IMG/VR virus record: IMGVR_UViG_3300028608_000011
Location: 1-64,000 of that record
Strand: one strand, 5' to 3'
Source of the DNA: a virus
DNA: 64,000 nucleotides
A program made the position numbers and the translations under genes. This document shows, in pieces, positions 63,747 through 64,000 of the stretch; position 1 is the first letter of the stretch, and the number at the start of each line of letters is the position of its first letter. The notes beneath the pieces were generated by a model. That model had not been told where the DNA came from. It saw nothing but the letters and a program-made list of their open reading frames with translations, and did not search any database.

Positions 63747-64000
63747 GTTGGTGCTCCGGGTGTCGGCTGCACTTGCAGCTGGCCAGGTATTTTTTCACCG
63801 CGGTCTTCGCTGAGACCTTGGCGGGCTGTTTCGGGATCTTGCAATCGAGGATGCACAGGCAGCCGCTCTCGAAGTAATCCCGGGTCAGTTCGTCGTCCGA
63901 CTTGCGAACCGCGAAGGCCCGTTGCACGCTGTCCAGCTCTGCTTCGCGGCCGGCGCGGTCAGTGGCACCGAACCAGCCAACCTCGCCGCTGGCCGTGAAC
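63730..64000 (-). CDS. hypothetical protein, 5' end outside the window
   Basis: reading frame stays open to the window edge (FTASGEVGWFGATDRAG...). Confidence 0.55.
   Translation of the reverse strand, partial: FTASGEVGWFGATDRAGREAELDSVQRAFAVRKSDDELTRDYFESGCLCILDCKIPKQPAKVSAKTAVKKYLASCKCSRHPEHQHATTE

Noticed and set aside
1-64000. Temperate lifestyle or prophage status
   Set aside because: No integrase, repressor, partition genes, att sites or host genes are visible; lifestyle cannot be determined from this window alone.

Overview
A 64 kb segment of a GC-rich, lambda-tail-type siphovirus. The host is most likely Pseudomonas, inferred from composition, the holin pair / GH19 endolysin / Rz-Rz1 cassette and the tail-fibre style. 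There are two convergent arms. (1) The + strand arm (3.8-36.5 kb) opens with a small accessory island: an Acb2/Tad1-like gene, candidate small RNAs, tRNA-Gln(UUG) and an HU/IHF-like gene. It continues with a GpA-type terminase, portal, S49 protease/scaffold, decoration protein, major capsid, connectors, tail tube, frameshifted chaperones, tape measure, lambda M-L-K-I-J-like tail tip, a Cor-like lipoprotein, side fibre genes and the lysis cassette. (2) The - strand arm comprises early genes at 0.1-2.9 kb behind a ~730 nt non-coding leader, and a replication/recombination/nucleotide block at 36.5-64 kb. That block holds SbcC/SbcD, ATP-dependent ligase, RecU-like resolvase, dNMP kinase, two DEDD exonucleases, a full-length Pol I-like polymerase, ThyX, two MazG-like genes, an SNF2-like helicase, a TraR/DksA-like protein, primase-helicase, a Dda/RecD-like helicase and an Nmad5-like gene. 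No integrase, repressor or CRISPR array is visible in the window. The most notable observations are: a stand-alone 121-aa fragment of a family A polymerase (motif A plus O-helix, no motif C); a consensus CsrA/RsmA-binding hairpin in the tRNA leader next to an Acb2/Tad1-like sponge candidate; a 16-bp palindrome recurring at gene boundaries on both arms; an early leader with three boxA-like elements and a Fur-box-like site; and a perfect sigma54 consensus pointing against the early genes. All product calls come from motif recognition and synteny by eye; no database searches were run.
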